Assembly: GCA_043799675.1 (NCBI GenBank)
Contig: JAZDNN010000027.1
Coordinates: forward strand, 2,589-66,588
Reading direction: 5' to 3'
DNA length: 64,000 nt
Source: Candidatus Aenigmatarchaeota archaeon
Lineage (GTDB): Archaea > Aenigmatarchaeota > Aenigmatarchaeia > Aenigmatarchaeales > JACQIB01
Part shown: one piece after another, positions 16,841 to 24,752 of the stretch
Numbering within the stretch: the stretch's first letter is position 1
Layout of the letters: every line of letters begins with the position of its first letter
Notes under the pieces: model-generated
Seen by the model: only the letters and a program-made list of their open reading frames with translations
What the model was told of the DNA's origin: nothing
Database searches by the model: none
Translations under genes and position numbers: made by a program

Positions 16841-16886
16841 GAAAATCCTAAGGGATTTTCGAGACGCGTGAACAGCGAGTTCACGC
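16841..16886. repeat. bipartite hairpin element, copy A
   Basis: The element reads GAAAATCC-taag-GGATTTTC, GAGAC, GCGTGAAC-agcga-GTTCACGC. The core TCGAGACGCGTGAAC...GAGTTCACGC is identical to the copy at 30516..30557. Confidence 0.6.
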
Positions 16887-16977
16887 AGTCCGTGAGGGAC
16901 GAATAGTAAATAGCCGTTTTCAATCATTTGAAAGACTTACTTAATATTTCGGATATACAAGTTACGGATGGATTGGA

Positions 16978-17895
16978 ATGAAGCGTTTAATGATATTATC
17001 GGTTTTGGTTCTAGTTGTTGCTATTTCGCTGATATTTGTTAAATTGTCTCATACCGCAGAGTCGCCACCGCAAAGAACGGAATCCGTATCATCGTCGGTG
17101 CCTGTTTCAGTGCCCAATACAAGCGCATGTGCAATCACCTCACCCCCGTCGAGCATGGAAGGCGCCAATACCCATCCGGAAGTATACGGCACTGGCGCGG
17201 ACCCAAACATCATCACGCTCGGCCCGAAGACGGGCGCCCACCCGGATTGGCCTACCTACCCGAACAAGCTTGGCATGGAGTTCGAACTTCAACGCGGAAC
17301 GCCCGTGCTTGCGCCCATCGATATGGTACTGGTGGGCGTCAACAACAGGGGCGCCGCCTATCGTATCCAGAACGGAGAAAAAGTGAGTCCGTTCGATGAT
17401 TTGGGATTATACTTTGAGTCTGCCAGCCCCGATTGGCCAAACATGATAATATTTACCTATCACCTAATGAGTTCGCCGCTGGTGCTCAAGGACAATCAAA
17501 GCGATGTTCAAGAATGGGGGACAGTTCTCCGTGCCCAGGGTCACCTGTTCTATGATGTCAGTGATTACATGGCACCGGAAAATGCAGTTTCATGCGATGC
17601 CATGATCGGGCGCTTGGTAAGACGCGGCGAACTGATAGGGTTCGCCGGTAGTGTCGGCAATCACTCCATGGCCCCTTTTTGTTTCAAGGTATCATCTGCG
17701 TCGGAAAATCCGACCATTCAAAACGGGAACCGCTACCTTCATTGGGTGCAACCAAGCTCGTTCTTTTACTGGAAATGTTACAGTTCTGATGCGGATTTTC
17801 CCGGTGGCGTGCTCGCTTATCCGTTCGAATGTGATGGGTATCAACTTCCTGCTGAACAGCGTGATGTGAATTTCAAATACACATCAACGAAATGA
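16978..17895 (+). CDS. secreted protein with distant, degenerate M23/LytM-like similarity
   Basis: A signal anchor is followed by a S/P-rich linker. GMEFELQRGTPVLAPIDMVLVGV and GELIGFAGSVGNHSMAPFCFKV resemble M23 blocks, but the HxxxD and HxH metal ligands are not intact. Confidence 0.35.
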   Translation: MKRLMILSVLVLVVAISLIFVKLSHTAESPPQRTESVSSSVPVSVPNTSACAITSPPSSMEGANTHPEVYGTGADPNIITLGPKTGAHPDWPTYPNKLGMEFELQRGTPVLAPIDMVLVGVNNRGAAYRIQNGEKVSPFDDLGLYFESASPDWPNMIIFTYHLMSSPLVLKDNQSDVQEWGTVLRAQGHLFYDVSDYMAPENAVSCDAMIGRLVRRGELIGFAGSVGNHSMAPFCFKVSSASENPTIQNGNRYLHWVQPSSFFYWKCYSSDADFPGGVLAYPFECDGYQLPAEQRDVNFKYTSTK

Positions 17896-18010
17896 TATCG
17901 AATGGAAGCCAGCTGAGAGGGAAACGGGTCGAAAGCTCCCGCTAAGGTCACTCAAAATCGTAAGAATTAAACGAATTTGTCTGACTAGTATGATCGCTAG
18001 ATGTATCTAC

Positions 18011-18169
18011 TCAGAACCTCTTGTGTTTCTGAAAGCACGCGCTGCAGAAGACTGGCTTGCCCTCGGTCGGCTTGAACGGAACTTCGCATTCCTGCTTGCA
18101 TTCCGAACAAACGGCCTTGTGCATCTCTCTTGGTCCTCTGTTGAACGGCCTTCGTTCTCCAAATCCCAT
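18011..18169 (-). CDS. CxxC-x17-CxxC zinc-ribbon small protein (52 aa; below the ORF-track cutoff)
   Basis: My translation is MGFGERRPFNRGPREMHKAVCSECKQECEVPFKPTEGKPVFCSACFQKHKRF. A GGAGAG SD lies upstream and a TTTATAAG box further upstream. The spacing C24-x17-C42 is exact. Confidence 0.7.
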   Translation of the reverse strand: MGFGERRPFNRGPREMHKAVCSECKQECEVPFKPTEGKPVFCSACFQKHKRF

Positions 18170-18245
18170 TTTTATCTCTCCTATTTTTTATGTGTGCAAT
18201 CCGGTGTGCGTATTGTTGCAGCAGAGCTTATAAACGCGTTCAGAA

Positions 18246-18686
18246 TCAACCGATGTACCTGCTGTCCTGCGGGTGCTCTTCCTTCTTCTGGGCGAACGGC
18301 AGCGGGATCGGAGGCGGAAGATTGAGGTCTTCTGAAAGGGTCAGCGCCTTTATCATGCATTTTCTCAGCACCGAATTGACCGCCTGCAGGTTCAGGTCCT
18401 CGGGCAGCTTCTTGTCCTTCTTCCAGTTCTTCAATAGCTCAACGGAATTGTCCGCCATTATCAGTACGTCCCCGCTGATGGTGATTTCCGCGAACGGCAC
18501 CTTCTTCTCGGTGACATAATCGCTCTTGAATTCGAAACTCACGGACAGCCCCTTCTTCCCGAGGGCCGTAAGGTCCGTCTCGGTCACGTCAATTATCCGC
18601 GCGTTGTTGTTCACGCCGGCAGGCCCCTGATATTCCCCTATCCGCTTGGCCGCCATGTTCTTTACCGTCAATCCTACGACTGGCAT
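18246..18686 (-). CDS. hypothetical protein (146 aa)
   Basis: This is a clean ORF with balanced composition. I recognise no family. Confidence 0.5.
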   Translation of the reverse strand: MPVVGLTVKNMAAKRIGEYQGPAGVNNNARIIDVTETDLTALGKKGLSVSFEFKSDYVTEKKVPFAEITISGDVLIMADNSVELLKNWKKDKKLPEDLNLQAVNSVLRKCMIKALTLSEDLNLPPPIPLPFAQKKEEHPQDSRYIG

Positions 18687-18764
18687 GGCTCTCCATGCAC
18701 TCGAAGGTTTAAAAGCTTGCCGGGTTTTGGCAAACTATTTGAGTGACTTCAACCTGCTATTGGC

Positions 18765-19301
18765 ATGCCAAAAGCAGCAATACTGATTGCGGACGGTTTC
18801 GAGGAGATCGAGGCCATAGCGGTTGCCGACATCCTGCGCCGTGCCGGCATAACGGCCGCGCTGGTCGGGATGAGCGGAAACCAGGTCATGGGCAGGACGG
18901 GCATAAGGGTGAATTCCGACGCCCGCCTGATTGACAGTGACATCTCCGGCTTCGATTGCATCGTACTGCCCGGCGGTTCACAGGCTGTCGATACCATATC
19001 AAAGCATTCGACCGCTCTGAGAATCATCGAGGATTTCGCGAGGAAGGGGAAGCTTGTGGCAGCCATCTGCGCCGCACCGAAGATACTGGCGCAGCAGGGT
19101 CTGTTGAAGGACAAGCGTGCTACAGCCTATCCCGGTCTGGAGAAGATACTGGACAGGCCGCGCTCGGACAGGGTCGTGGTCGACGGCAACATAATAACCA
19201 GCCAGGGACCCGGGACGAGCATCGATTTCGCCCTCGCGATAGTCGAGCAGCTCGCAGGAAAGGCCACCGCAGCCAGGGTAAGACAAGAGATAGTCGCTTG
19301 A
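18765..19301 (+). CDS. DJ-1/PfpI family protein
   Basis: ILIADGFEEIEA, the nucleophile-elbow AAICAAP and DGNIITSQGPGTSIDFAL are typical of DJ-1/ThiJ/YajL. Confidence 0.85.
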   Translation: MPKAAILIADGFEEIEAIAVADILRRAGITAALVGMSGNQVMGRTGIRVNSDARLIDSDISGFDCIVLPGGSQAVDTISKHSTALRIIEDFARKGKLVAAICAAPKILAQQGLLKDKRATAYPGLEKILDRPRSDRVVVDGNIITSQGPGTSIDFALAIVEQLAGKATAARVRQEIVA

Positions 19302-19342
19302 GAAGCGAAAACGATTATATCTAATAGTGTTAACTGTAACGC

Positions 19343-20002
19343 GTGAAGCTGGAGCATTCTGAGGAACTTGCCGAGCTGGTCGGAATCATGTTAGGCGATG
19401 GAAATATCTACGAGAGGAGGATACCACCAAAGATTTCTGCTTATCAGGTCCGCATTTGCGGTAGCCTCAAGGATGAAAAGGTATACATGCTGCATTATGT
19501 TGCACCATTAGTCGAAAGGGTTTTTGGGATCAGACCTTCAATCAAGTTTTTCAGAAACAACGGTCTGTACGTATGTCTGCATAGAAAGGAAGTTGTCGAG
19601 GCGCTAAAGGATGTCGGTCTTAAATCTGGCAGCAAGATTGAAAACAGATTAGGTATACCTATTTGGATAAAAGAAAATCCGGATTATCTCCGCGTCTGTT
19701 TACGCGGTTTAATCGATACTGATGGGTCGGTTTATCGACTTTCCAATCGCGATGCAAAATACGGTTATATGAGAATAAGTTTCAAAAACGGAAATCCGCA
19801 GTTGCTTGCGGATGTAAAAGAGGCCCTTGCAAAGTTGGGTATCAGTGCAAGTAAAGTGATTCATTATAATATTTTCATTACTGCGCAAAGCCATGTGCGG
19901 AAATATCAAACCGAAATAGGATTTAAGAACCCTAAACACTTACACCGATTAGCCCCGTCGTCTAGTGGCCAAGAGAGCGCGAAAAACGTTCTGGTAAGAT
20001 AG
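19343..20002 (+). CDS. free-standing double-motif LAGLIDADG homing endonuclease (copy 1)
   Basis: The two LAGLIDADG motifs are LVGIMLGDGNI and LRGLIDTDGSV. The gene has a GTG start and is a homologue of 50649..51299. Its last 17 codons are read from the tRNA-Gln 5' exon and intron 1. The gene is AT-rich relative to its flanks. Confidence 0.8.
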   Translation: MKLEHSEELAELVGIMLGDGNIYERRIPPKISAYQVRICGSLKDEKVYMLHYVAPLVERVFGIRPSIKFFRNNGLYVCLHRKEVVEALKDVGLKSGSKIENRLGIPIWIKENPDYLRVCLRGLIDTDGSVYRLSNRDAKYGYMRISFKNGNPQLLADVKEALAKLGISASKVIHYNIFITAQSHVRKYQTEIGFKNPKHLHRLAPSSSGQESAKNVLVR

Positions 20003-20094
20003 CAGGCTCTGAACCTGTGGACGGAGGTTCGAAACGAACTGCTGTTCGTTTGACTGTGAACGGCAGTTCACTGGAAATCCTCCCGGGGCTACCA
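19951..20094 (+). tRNA. tRNA-Gln(CUG) with two putative non-canonical introns (D-arm ~19975..19999; T-loop ~20034..20077); CCA encoded
   Basis: The acceptor is AGCCCCG/CGGGGCT (A1-U72) and the D-arm is GTCT-AGTGGCCA-AGAT. The anticodon arm is GCAGG-CTCTGAA-CCTGT and the T-arm is GGAGG-TTCGAAT-CCTCC. The fold only forms after removing 25 nt and 44 nt, giving a 75-nt mature tRNA. The exact junctions are ambiguous because AAGA and GAAA repeat at the boundaries. Confidence 0.65.
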
Positions 20095-20484
20095 TCTGTT
20101 TCCCTTCTTTGCCTTCTCGATGTTTGCCAGGATGTAGACCGTGTAATCGTCCTTGTAGCATGGCGGGCAACCCCCGTTGATTGCAATAAGCCTGCTCGGC
20201 ACCTCTTCCTTTGCGTTCAATGCGTTGACCTGGCCGTCATACTTCCAGACCTTGCCGCCCTGCTCCCAGAACATGGGTCTTACAAGGTCTACCGCTATCC
20301 GACTGTCTGGTATGCAGCCCCAGAACCCGGCCGCCACCCTTTGCATCTTCTTCCACCAGTCGTCATACAGGATTTCCTTGCCGCCGACAAGTTCTGCTCC
20401 TCTCTTCCAGCCGTATTCCAGCCATTCCTTAGCTTTCGCTGTTTCGGTTTGTTCCAAGAAACCCTCAAGAGCTATGGGCTGCAT
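20089..20484 (-). CDS. hypothetical protein (131 aa) with a C-terminal CPPC motif
   Basis: This is a clean Trp-rich ORF with GGCPPCYKD near the C-terminus. I recognise no family. The stop overlaps the tRNA-Gln 3' end by 6 nt (convergent). Confidence 0.5.
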   Translation of the reverse strand: MQPIALEGFLEQTETAKAKEWLEYGWKRGAELVGGKEILYDDWWKKMQRVAAGFWGCIPDSRIAVDLVRPMFWEQGGKVWKYDGQVNALNAKEEVPSRLIAINGGCPPCYKDDYTVYILANIEKAKKGNRW

Positions 20485-20514
20485 GTATAAATCCTTTTTC
20501 GGCGATGTTTGCGG

Positions 20515-21051
20515 ATGCCAGAATTGTCTGCAAAGAAAATACTGTTCATGTCAGGTTCGGGCTCCGACAAGCCGGTAGTCGGGGCTTATCAGAGAAAGCT
20601 TAAGGAAAAGTTCGGCGTGCAGAGCGACTGGCGTGTTACCTCCGCGCATCGCACTCCGGACGAAGCATGGGACATTTCCGCGCATCTCACTCTGAACGAA
20701 TATGCCGCCTGCGGTTGCATAGCGGGTTACCAGAACGCCCTTGCCCCCTTGGTTGCGCACGCTAGCACAAAACCCGTCTACGCCCTGAAACCGGAGGTAA
20801 GGGAATTCGTCAAGGAGTTCGGGATGGATCCGCCGGATCTGGTCCTTTACAATGCGGAAATATTCGGAACGCTCTTCCTACCGCCCGGAGTTTCAGTCCC
20901 CCTGGTTATCGATTTGGAGAACGGCGCGGTCGCGATGGCCAAGGAAGTCGCTCATTTCGATTCTGAAGTGAAAAAGCGCGTCACACAGTATTTCCAGGAC
21001 AAACGCGGCAAGGTCATCGATGCCGACAGGGAAGCGATGAAGGGAAATTAA
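20515..21051 (+). CDS. purE: PurE-like (AIR carboxylase / N5-CAIR mutase family) protein, divergent
   Basis: ILFMSGSGSDKPVV, SAHRTPDE and IAGYQNALAPLVA are PurE blocks, but the central glycine-rich loop is diverged. ATG 20515 follows a TATAAAT box, so the transcript looks leaderless. The gene is followed by purC with an ATGA-type junction. Confidence 0.6.
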   Translation: MPELSAKKILFMSGSGSDKPVVGAYQRKLKEKFGVQSDWRVTSAHRTPDEAWDISAHLTLNEYAACGCIAGYQNALAPLVAHASTKPVYALKPEVREFVKEFGMDPPDLVLYNAEIFGTLFLPPGVSVPLVIDLENGAVAMAKEVAHFDSEVKKRVTQYFQDKRGKVIDADREAMKGN

Positions 21052-22085
21052 TGACAGCCTACGACCTCGCTGCTTTGAAGTTCGTGAAGCGGGGTAAGGT
21101 CAAGGAGGTCTACGAGGCCGGCGATGATTTCCTGTTCCAGTTCAGCAACCGGGTATCGGTGTTCGATCAGGTCATCCCGTCGCTGATTCCCCGGAAGGGC
21201 GAGAGCCTGAACAGATGCTCAACGCATTGGTTCAAGGCGGCCAAGAACCTTGGAATCAACACCCATTTCATTGACATGCCGGCCCCAGACCAGATGCTTG
21301 TTCGCAGGGCAGGTTCGTTCCCTCTCAGGGGCGAGCACGACCCCGATTATGAGAAGGTCGGAGAATTGAGGAATAATTACCAGATACCTCTCGAAGTGAT
21401 AGGCCGCGATTACATTGTGGGCTCGATGTTTGACAGGGTGCAGCGCGGCGAGGTCAAGCCGGAAGAGCTCGGTTATCCTGCCGGGTATGACCCGAAGAAA
21501 ATAAGGAAAGGTGAGGAGCTTCCCGAACGGCTCATCGAAGTGACCACAAAGTTCGAGAAGTTCGACAGGCCCGTCCGGATTGACGAGGCATACACGATAG
21601 CCGGAATGATGCCTGCGGAGTACAACGAGATGAAGGAGATAGTCAACACGATGTTCGACAGGATGGCGGACGAGGTGGAACCGCGCGGTCTCATACACAT
21701 GGACGGCAAGATGGAATTCGCGTTCGGCCCGCACCGCGAGCTGATGCTGATTGACACGCTCGGCACCGGTGACGAGGACAGGTTCGTTCACAAGGCGATT
21801 TATGATGCTTCCGAAGGGCAGCCTCAGTATAAGATTGTGGAGGTAAGCAAGGAGTTCGTGCGGCAATATTACAGGAAGATGGGGCATCATGCCGCGCTGG
21901 AGGCCGCTCGCAAGGCGAAGAGAAGGGAGCCACTGATTCCGCCGCTGCCTGACCCTGAGATAGCCGAGACCAGCAGGCTGTATCTGAAGCTCATGGAAAT
22001 GATCACGGGCGAACAGGCGGACGGACCGTTCAGCCCGATAGATCAGACAATCTGGGACGAGATGGGAAAGCAGCAGAACAGGTAA
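21051..22085 (+). CDS. purC: SAICAR synthetase
   Basis: RGKVKEVYE...FQFSNRVSVFD and a later DGKMEF block are the SAICAR synthase signature. Confidence 0.85.
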   Translation: MTAYDLAALKFVKRGKVKEVYEAGDDFLFQFSNRVSVFDQVIPSLIPRKGESLNRCSTHWFKAAKNLGINTHFIDMPAPDQMLVRRAGSFPLRGEHDPDYEKVGELRNNYQIPLEVIGRDYIVGSMFDRVQRGEVKPEELGYPAGYDPKKIRKGEELPERLIEVTTKFEKFDRPVRIDEAYTIAGMMPAEYNEMKEIVNTMFDRMADEVEPRGLIHMDGKMEFAFGPHRELMLIDTLGTGDEDRFVHKAIYDASEGQPQYKIVEVSKEFVRQYYRKMGHHAALEAARKAKRREPLIPPLPDPEIAETSRLYLKLMEMITGEQADGPFSPIDQTIWDEMGKQQNR

Positions 22086-22087
22086 AA

Positions 22088-23563
22088 TCAGGGCGTCTTC
22101 TCTGGGAATGTCTTCTTCGCGTGGCAGACTTTGTAGACCTTTTCGATTATGTCCTTGCTGCGGCCGATGTATCCCGTCGGGTCGGTAAGCCGTCTTATCT
22201 CTGCCTCCGGTATCCTTGATGTTATTTCCGGTTTCGTCAGCAGCACATTCGCGAATTCCGTCTTCGTAGTGTATGCCTCGGTTGCCGCCTTCCCGAGCAG
22301 GTCGTGTGCCTCGCTCCTTTTCATCGGATTGCCCACTTTTCTGGGATCGGTTATGCGGGTCAGTATGCGCGGGGACGTTATCACGTCGAACGAGCGCTTA
22401 ACCCTTTCCTTGGAGCGATCCTCGTTGACCTGCAACTTGAGCATGACCTCTGCCATCCCGCGTATCGCATGGTCGGCGCACTTGAATGCGCCCTCGAATA
22501 TTATCCTGTCCGAAGCGGAGCCAGTCAGGTCGCGTGCGTACCTCATGTTGCAGGTTGCCATCGAGGTGGCGAGACATCCGTTTATGTAGCTCTCGAAAGA
22601 TTCCGCCTGTTCCTCAGTGGTCGGGTTGCCCCCTTTCGCATCCTTGTGCGGCATCCCGGACGAGCCCTTCTTGCCGAGAGGGAACCTGAATATGTTCACA
22701 TCGTCGCTCCTTCCCCACGCCACATATTGCGCAAGGTTACCGACCGTTTCCATCGTCCTGGCCAGCGAATACATCACGTCCGCGGAAAATTCCCGTCCCG
22801 GGACCTGGGCGGAGGCTGTCATGTGCCCTATCTCGAGTTCTCTGCAGAGCGCTTCCTCGAGTTCCATCCCGTCGATGTCGGCATCGGTTGCCGAGTGGTG
22901 GTTGCCGGTTATGTCGGACCATTTCCCGACGAGCGAATGGTTGTAGACGAATCTGATCACGTCAAGGTCGTCGTGGAGCATCTCAGCGTAATGTACGAAC
23001 GGCCTCCCTACCACCGTCGGTACCGCGTCGTAAAGGTGTGTCCCGTCCATGTGCGATATATTGATCCAGTCGAGCGCGGCCCTTTCTAGGGTGATGTCTC
23101 TGAGGTTCTCCACTGAGCCGGCTATTATCTTGAGTCCCTTACTGAACTGCAGCGCATTGGTCGGTTCCGACGTGTCCGCCGTGGTCTTGAGTGCGTTGGT
23201 GTGCGCACCGGCGCCGGGGCATGCCTTCTCCGCCTCTTCTTCCCAGACGGTGTTTATCGCTATCTGGTCGTGCCCTTTGGCCGCCTCGATTGCGCGCACC
23301 CTGTCAGGGTTCACCGGAGGGACGTTTGCCGTCCTTATCAGGGCCGCGGCCTTTTCCGGTGTGACATAATCAGGATGCAATCTGCTGAGCACTTCTATGG
23401 ACTTGCCCTGCACGTACAGGTTGTATTTGATTTTTTGTACCGGCCCGAAAACCTCCCCCATCTCCAGCGTCCCGTACCTTCCCACGTAAAGGATGCTCGG
23501 GTCGATTTCAGGTCCCGCCCCTTTTGGTCTTGGTTGTGTCCTTTCCTTCGGCGGCTCTATCAT
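22088..23563 (-). CDS. purB: adenylosuccinate lyase
   Basis: The product has the lyase-1 fold and the signature loop GKKGSSGMPHKDAKGGNPTTEE (GSSxMPxKxN). The length of 491 aa fits. Confidence 0.85.
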   Translation of the reverse strand: MIEPPKERTQPRPKGAGPEIDPSILYVGRYGTLEMGEVFGPVQKIKYNLYVQGKSIEVLSRLHPDYVTPEKAAALIRTANVPPVNPDRVRAIEAAKGHDQIAINTVWEEEAEKACPGAGAHTNALKTTADTSEPTNALQFSKGLKIIAGSVENLRDITLERAALDWINISHMDGTHLYDAVPTVVGRPFVHYAEMLHDDLDVIRFVYNHSLVGKWSDITGNHHSATDADIDGMELEEALCRELEIGHMTASAQVPGREFSADVMYSLARTMETVGNLAQYVAWGRSDDVNIFRFPLGKKGSSGMPHKDAKGGNPTTEEQAESFESYINGCLATSMATCNMRYARDLTGSASDRIIFEGAFKCADHAIRGMAEVMLKLQVNEDRSKERVKRSFDVITSPRILTRITDPRKVGNPMKRSEAHDLLGKAATEAYTTKTEFANVLLTKPEITSRIPEAEIRRLTDPTGYIGRSKDIIEKVYKVCHAKKTFPEKTP

Positions 23564-23614
23564 GTCCCCACCATCGTATCAAAAGGATTTATATCTGGGA
23601 AGGCTAGCTTAGTC

Positions 23615-23956
23615 ATGCCACGGATTGACAACGCGTTCTTCGGGAGCATCCTTGTCGATGGCAGGAAGTACGAGAATGATTTGTATGTGCATTGGGACGG
23701 AGAGATAAGGGAGCGGCAGAAGACGCACAACTTCACCAAGACGGAGTTCGAGGATCTGTCCTTGAAGGACCCCGAAATCATCGTGGTCGGCACGGGCATG
23801 AGCGGCATGGTTACGATAGATCCTGCAGCCGCCACGGCCGCAAGCGTGCACGGAATCCAGTTGCTTGCGGCAAAGACTCCCGAGGCCGTCCAGCGATTCA
23901 ACGCTTTGGCGCGGATGAAGAAACGGGTCATAGCGGTGTTGCACGCGACTTGCTAG
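23615..23956 (+). CDS. Mth938-like (DUF498) domain protein
   Basis: The 113-aa product has FGSILVDGRKYENDLYVHWDG...PEIIVVGTGMSGM...LLAAKTPEAVQRFN. ATG 23615 lies ~22 nt after a TTTATAT box. Confidence 0.7.
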   Translation: MPRIDNAFFGSILVDGRKYENDLYVHWDGEIRERQKTHNFTKTEFEDLSLKDPEIIVVGTGMSGMVTIDPAAATAASVHGIQLLAAKTPEAVQRFNALARMKKRVIAVLHATC

Positions 23957-24717
23957 AGATATTTCTTGAACCAGTCTGTTGCCAGCTTGAAGAACGTATC
24001 CTCGTGCTCTTCGAAGCCGTGCGAAGCGCCCTCTATCGCTTCGAACTTCTTCATGCATTTCAATGAGTTGAAGACGAGTTTCCCGTGCTGAATCGGGACG
24101 TATTCATCTGCAGTGCCATGGATGACAAGTGCCGGTGCGGCGACGGAAGCGGCGTATTTTGCTATACCAAAATCAGCTGCTGTTTTCCAGTACTTCCAGC
24201 CGAAGAACTTCACGTTGAAGTGCTCCTCCCAGTCCTTCGGTATCGTTATCTCCCCTTTCTTCTTGAGCATGGTGATTTCTTCTCCTGTGAACAGGGTCTT
24301 CATCACTTCACTCGGAACGGCAACGGTCGCGGAAGCCACTACGGCCTTCGGCATTGTCTTGGCTGCCAGCATCACTGCCAATGCGCCGCCCATGCTTTGT
24401 CCGGCAATTCCGATTGTCCCGCATTTCTCTTTTAGAAAATTATATGCGGCGATGCAATCGCCCAGCTCGGTTTCCATCGTACAATCCGCGAATTCGCCTT
24501 CGCTCTCGCCGATTCCGGCCCGATCGAACCTGAGTGTGAGGAATCCTGCCTTGTTCAGTGCCGCGGCATAGCGTATCATGAAGCCGCCCCACTCGTCCTT
24601 TCCGCTCGCGTACCCGGAGATGAGGAGCACCCCGGCCTTCGGCTTGTCCGGCCCCTCGAGCATCCCGCATAATTTCAATCCCTTGGGGGTCCTGAAGAAG
24701 ACCTTTTCTTTCATCAT
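23953..24717 (-). CDS. alpha/beta hydrolase
   Basis: The product has the GxSxG elbow (GQSMGG), an alpha/beta-fold pattern and C-terminal His context (GASHGF). Confidence 0.8.
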   Translation of the reverse strand: MMKEKVFFRTPKGLKLCGMLEGPDKPKAGVLLISGYASGKDEWGGFMIRYAAALNKAGFLTLRFDRAGIGESEGEFADCTMETELGDCIAAYNFLKEKCGTIGIAGQSMGGALAVMLAAKTMPKAVVASATVAVPSEVMKTLFTGEEITMLKKKGEITIPKDWEEHFNVKFFGWKYWKTAADFGIAKYAASVAAPALVIHGTADEYVPIQHGKLVFNSLKCMKKFEAIEGASHGFEEHEDTFFKLATDWFKKYL

Positions 24718-24752
24718 GTATTCTTTTTATTCAGGCTCATTTAAAACACAGC

